DNA of 64,000 nt, from positions 10,035 to 74,034 of the forward strand of contig JBKJMX010000028.1 of NCBI GenBank assembly GCA_046596135.1, read 5' to 3'. Positions within the stretch are counted from its first letter, which is position 1, and the number at the start of each line of letters is the position of its first letter. This DNA is from Gemmatimonadales bacterium. Its GTDB lineage: Bacteria > Gemmatimonadota > Gemmatimonadetes > Gemmatimonadales > GWC2-71-9. The notes beneath the pieces are model-generated. The model saw only the letters and a list, made by a program, of their open reading frames with translations. It ran no database searches and had not been told where the DNA came from. The position numbers and the translations under genes are program-made. Shown here one piece after another: positions 61,359 to 64,000 of this stretch.

Positions 61359-62612
61359 CTAAAGCAGCGCCCCACGTCGACACGGTGCGACACCGTCTGC
61401 AGGTGCGAGGGCACACGCGGCGGTGCGGCGCACCGGATCCGTCGGGTAGAGCGTTGCGATCTGCTCCCCGACCGCCTGCCAGCACTGCACGCGATTATCC
61501 CCCGGTGTCACTTCACGACAGAACCGCACGCCATCTTCTGGTTGTGCCGTCACGTCGATGAAATTCTTGACTGCCCCGACAAAACACCACGGCTGGTACG
61601 TCGGATCCCCCTTGCGGCAATGCTTGATCGACTCCTGGGTCGATTGGCCGGTCGAGCCGCTCGCGTTCGTGCCGAGACTCAGGTAGCACTCTCGCCGAAA
61701 TCCCTCGGGTGCACGATTGCACTCGGTGGCGGCGACACCAAAGTCCTGACCCGAGGCGTTCAGGATGATCCCGCCCTGAACCTGGAAACAGGATCGTAGG
61801 TACCGCTGGTCAAGCACTGTGCAGGGATAGAGTGCGTCGGTGGAGTCGCGCATTCGGAAGACGATCGAACCCGGATCGGGAGTGTGGCCGCCGTGTCCTG
61901 CGTGCCCGGCGGGTTCCGGTTCCGCTGATGCCGCGATGGCCCTCGCCGACGTATGATGCCGTCCGGGCTGTGACGCGACGGCGTTTTCCATGAACGCCCC
62001 ACCGTAGCACGACTCGCGATCCCACCAGCTCCCAAGCCAATCGCAGCTCGACAGTGCACGCGGGAGCTCCCAAGCAAGCGCCATCTCGAATCCATGGCCG
62101 AGTCCGTGCACGCACTGAAAGCGCAGCCACCGGTCTTCCGGTGCCGCGGCCACCTGATCGCAGAGGCTGGTGGCGCGGGCCGAGTCGAGCACGCCACCCT
62201 CGGTGAGGTAGGCCTGGATTACGCCGTGGTAGCATCCCGATTGATAGAGTCCGGTGCAGCTGCGGAACACTTCCGCCACATCGTCACCCGGCTTCCACGC
62301 GCGAATGCCGATCACGTGGGTGTAGCCGTGGCCCTCGCGCGCGACCTCGTCGTCGCTGGTGCCCAGGCGTTCCAGCGCTCCGAGCGCGAGGCGCACCCGA
62401 TGTCCCGCTGCAAGCGTCAGGAAGTAGTCCTCGAGGCACGCCTGCCGGTCGTCACCGGAGGTGGCACGGCAGTGTTCATGAGCGAGGGTCGCCAGCGCCG
62501 CGGTGTCGCCGGCCGCAGCGAGTTTGTCGATCCGTGGGCCGAGTTCCTGCGGCGTGAGCGGCGAGCACGCCGTGAGGAGCGCTGCAGCCGCCAACATCAC
62601 TTGGAGTCTCAT
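61359..62612 (-). CDS. Cys-rich lipoprotein with an internal repeat pattern, unknown function
   Basis: Lipobox LLTAC. There are about 7 recurrences of a Cys-aromatic/aliphatic-x-G-type unit (SGCYHGVIQAY, FQCVHGLGHGF, ESCYGGAFMENA, RSCFQVQGGII, RECYLSLGTNA, PWCFVGAVKNF, VQCWQAVGEQI). The ATG overlaps the mazG stop. Confidence 0.6.
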   Translation of the reverse strand: MRLQVMLAAAALLTACSPLTPQELGPRIDKLAAAGDTAALATLAHEHCRATSGDDRQACLEDYFLTLAAGHRVRLALGALERLGTSDDEVAREGHGYTHVIGIRAWKPGDDVAEVFRSCTGLYQSGCYHGVIQAYLTEGGVLDSARATSLCDQVAAAPEDRWLRFQCVHGLGHGFEMALAWELPRALSSCDWLGSWWDRESCYGGAFMENAVASQPGRHHTSARAIAASAEPEPAGHAGHGGHTPDPGSIVFRMRDSTDALYPCTVLDQRYLRSCFQVQGGIILNASGQDFGVAATECNRAPEGFRRECYLSLGTNASGSTGQSTQESIKHCRKGDPTYQPWCFVGAVKNFIDVTAQPEDGVRFCREVTPGDNRVQCWQAVGEQIATLYPTDPVRRTAACALAPADGVAPCRRGALL

Positions 62613-62932
62613 GATTTCTTCTTCCATCTGGAGTCGTCGCGGTGTGCCACCTTGGCCATCATCCGGTCGAACGCCTCATCGAGATCGATGCCCTCGCGAT
62701 TCGCCATGCAGATGATGACGAAAAGGATGTCCGCCATTTCCATGGCAAGATCACCCGCTGCCTCGTCTGCCTTCTTCGTCTTCTGCCCGAAGCGATGGTT
62801 CACCTCGCGGGCGAGTTCGCCGACCTCTTCGGCCAACCGCGCCGTGTTGGTGAGCGGGTCGAAGTAGCCGGCCTCGAACTGCGAAATCCAGGAGTCGACC
62901 TGTTGCTGCCGATCGCGGAGCGAGCCGGTCAT
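62609..62932 (-). CDS. mazG: MazG-like nucleotide pyrophosphohydrolase (small all-alpha NTP-PPase)
   Basis: LAEEVGELAREV ... EMADILFVIICMAN ... IDLDEAF (the EExxE/D metal-binding helices). The start is taken at ATG 62932. Confidence 0.8.
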   Translation of the reverse strand: MTGSLRDRQQQVDSWISQFEAGYFDPLTNTARLAEEVGELAREVNHRFGQKTKKADEAAGDLAMEMADILFVIICMANREGIDLDEAFDRMMAKVAHRDDSRWKKKS

Positions 62933-63444
62933 CGCAGCGCGGCGATCAGCGCCTTGCAGAAGTCTCCGAGGTCGGCTGGAGTGCGTGACGAAATCAGGTT
63001 GCCGTCGATCACGACTGGACTGTCTTCCCACTGCATGCCAGCGTTGACCAGATCGTCGCGAATGGCGCCGACCGATGTCCCACGCCGGCCCCGGACGATG
63101 CCGGCGGAAATCGGCACCCATCCGGCATGGCAGATGAATGCGATCGGCTTGTTCGCTTCGTGAATGGCGCGGGTGATATCGAGCAGGCGCGCGTTCCGGC
63201 GCATGATGTCCGGGGCCCAGCCACCGGGAATCACCAGCGCATCGAAGTCAGCCGCATCGACCTCATCCACCGACGTGTCGACGGTGAGCGGGTAGCCGCG
63301 CTTTCCCTGGTATGTGGGCTCGCCGAGCCCGGCGACGACGGTGGTCGCCCCTTCCTCCTCGAGCCGGAGCTTGGGATACCAGAGCTCCAGATCCTCGTAA
63401 TAGGGGGCGGCAAAGAACAGGATCCGGCATTTCGACAGCGACAT
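62929..63444 (-). CDS. DJ-1/PfpI-family protein
   Basis: FDALVIPGGWAP plus the nucleophile-elbow region KPIAFICHAGW. The start is taken at ATG 63444. ATGA overlap with mazG. Confidence 0.85.
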   Translation of the reverse strand: MSLSKCRILFFAAPYYEDLELWYPKLRLEEEGATTVVAGLGEPTYQGKRGYPLTVDTSVDEVDAADFDALVIPGGWAPDIMRRNARLLDITRAIHEANKPIAFICHAGWVPISAGIVRGRRGTSVGAIRDDLVNAGMQWEDSPVVIDGNLISSRTPADLGDFCKALIAALR

Positions 63445-63559
63445 GGCAACCTCCGTGGGACCCGGAAATCTAACGGCTGGGGCCAGCCGAGGCGGGCGGG
63501 CCCTTCGCCCCTCCGCGCCGCGCACACATATTGGCAGTCCCACCTCCACGAGACCACCA

Positions 63560-63808
63560 ATGCGCAGCAGGGAACGAATCCTCAACAATCTCGAGCAGAT
63601 CTACCGCGAGTCTTACGATCGTGCGCGGGCGGGCAGCGAAGAGCATCGCATGGTCGAGCTCGACAACGGCTTCATGCGCGACCAGCTCATGCTGGAGATC
63701 CTGCTCGACATTCGTGACCTCTTCTCGGTCACTCCCGCCGCCCCGGCATCGACCGGCAAGACCGCGCTCGAACAACTTGAGTCGTTCCGGCGGCTGACCC
63801 GCCGGTAA
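63560..63808 (+). CDS. Small hypothetical protein
   Basis: 82-aa helical-looking ORF from ATG 63560. No motif recognised. Confidence 0.4.
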   Translation: MRSRERILNNLEQIYRESYDRARAGSEEHRMVELDNGFMRDQLMLEILLDIRDLFSVTPAAPASTGKTALEQLESFRRLTRR

Positions 63809-63819
63809 CCGGAGGCATC

Positions 63820-64000
63820 ATGCGCGCCCCCCTGTTTCTCGCCCTCGCCCTCGCCGCCTGCGAGCCCGGTGGCGGTTCCGCTGACCTCGCGATCTATGGG
63901 ACCGTCTGGACCGGTGACTCCAGCCGCGCCGAGTCACGGGCCATCGCCATCCGCGGTGATTCCGTGCTGGCCGTCGGTGACAGTGCCGAGATCGCGGCGC
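63820..64000 (+). CDS. Amidohydrolase-family lipoprotein, N-terminal fragment (continues beyond the window)
   Basis: GGAGG lies 5 nt upstream of ATG 63820. Lipobox LALAAC. The following segment ADLAIYGTVWTGD...AIAIRGDSVLAVGDSAEI is typical of amidohydrolase_3 N-termini. Confidence 0.6.
   Translation, partial: MRAPLFLALALAACEPGGGSADLAIYGTVWTGDSSRAESRAIAIRGDSVLAVGDSAEIAA

Overview
This is a very GC-rich bacterial chromosomal segment, densely coding, with about 60 genes and many translationally coupled junctions (ATGA, GTGA or TGAATG overlaps). The gene content includes a CarboxypepD_reg-type TonB receptor, several Hanks-type Ser/Thr kinases and hybrid histidine kinases. That mix fits a Gemmatimonadota- or Acidobacteriota-like organism, but I could not verify the taxonomy.

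Most of the window is housekeeping or core metabolism:
- tkt-tal, an actinobacterial-style fused E2-E1 2-oxoglutarate dehydrogenase (Kgd/OdhA type), fadA-fadB, rho, rsgA, udk and gluQ
- proline dehydrogenase, and a tryptophanase/tyrosine-phenol-lyase gene with an APC permease
- transporters and two-component proteins

The most unusual locus is a tightly packed six-gene plus-strand cluster (7535..16593). In order it encodes:
- a stand-alone Ser/Thr kinase
- two paralogous proteins of unknown function that share HFARW, YxLF and CQ-x-T motifs
- one uninterrupted 912-codon ORF fusing a complete DyP-type heme peroxidase to a complete cytochrome P450, with an atypical I-helix and no redox partner nearby
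- a small 4-TM membrane protein
- a 1221-aa kinase / P-loop STAND NTPase / TPR-like protein

Directly downstream is a small accessory islet (16594..17957). It holds a RelE/RHH toxin-antitoxin pair with a near-consensus promoter and palindromic operator, a RAYT/IS200-like tyrosine transposase flanked by 42-bp repeats, and a GC-rich hairpin plus 16-bp tandem array.

Other points of interest:
- a 105-bp array of 15 phased heptanucleotide repeats upstream of an HNH endonuclease
- a symmetric pair of overlapping divergent promoters between an HTH regulator and a signal-peptide-bearing truncated hemoglobin
- a structured rho leader that sequesters the Shine-Dalgarno sequence
- an APC permease whose conserved N-terminus has no canonical start codon
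- degenerate (pseudo)enzymes, namely an S9 peptidase homolog and a membrane-anchored pseudokinase
- a GNAT-receiver fusion

No rRNA, tRNA or CRISPR array was recognised. All functional calls come from motif recognition by eye. No database search was run.
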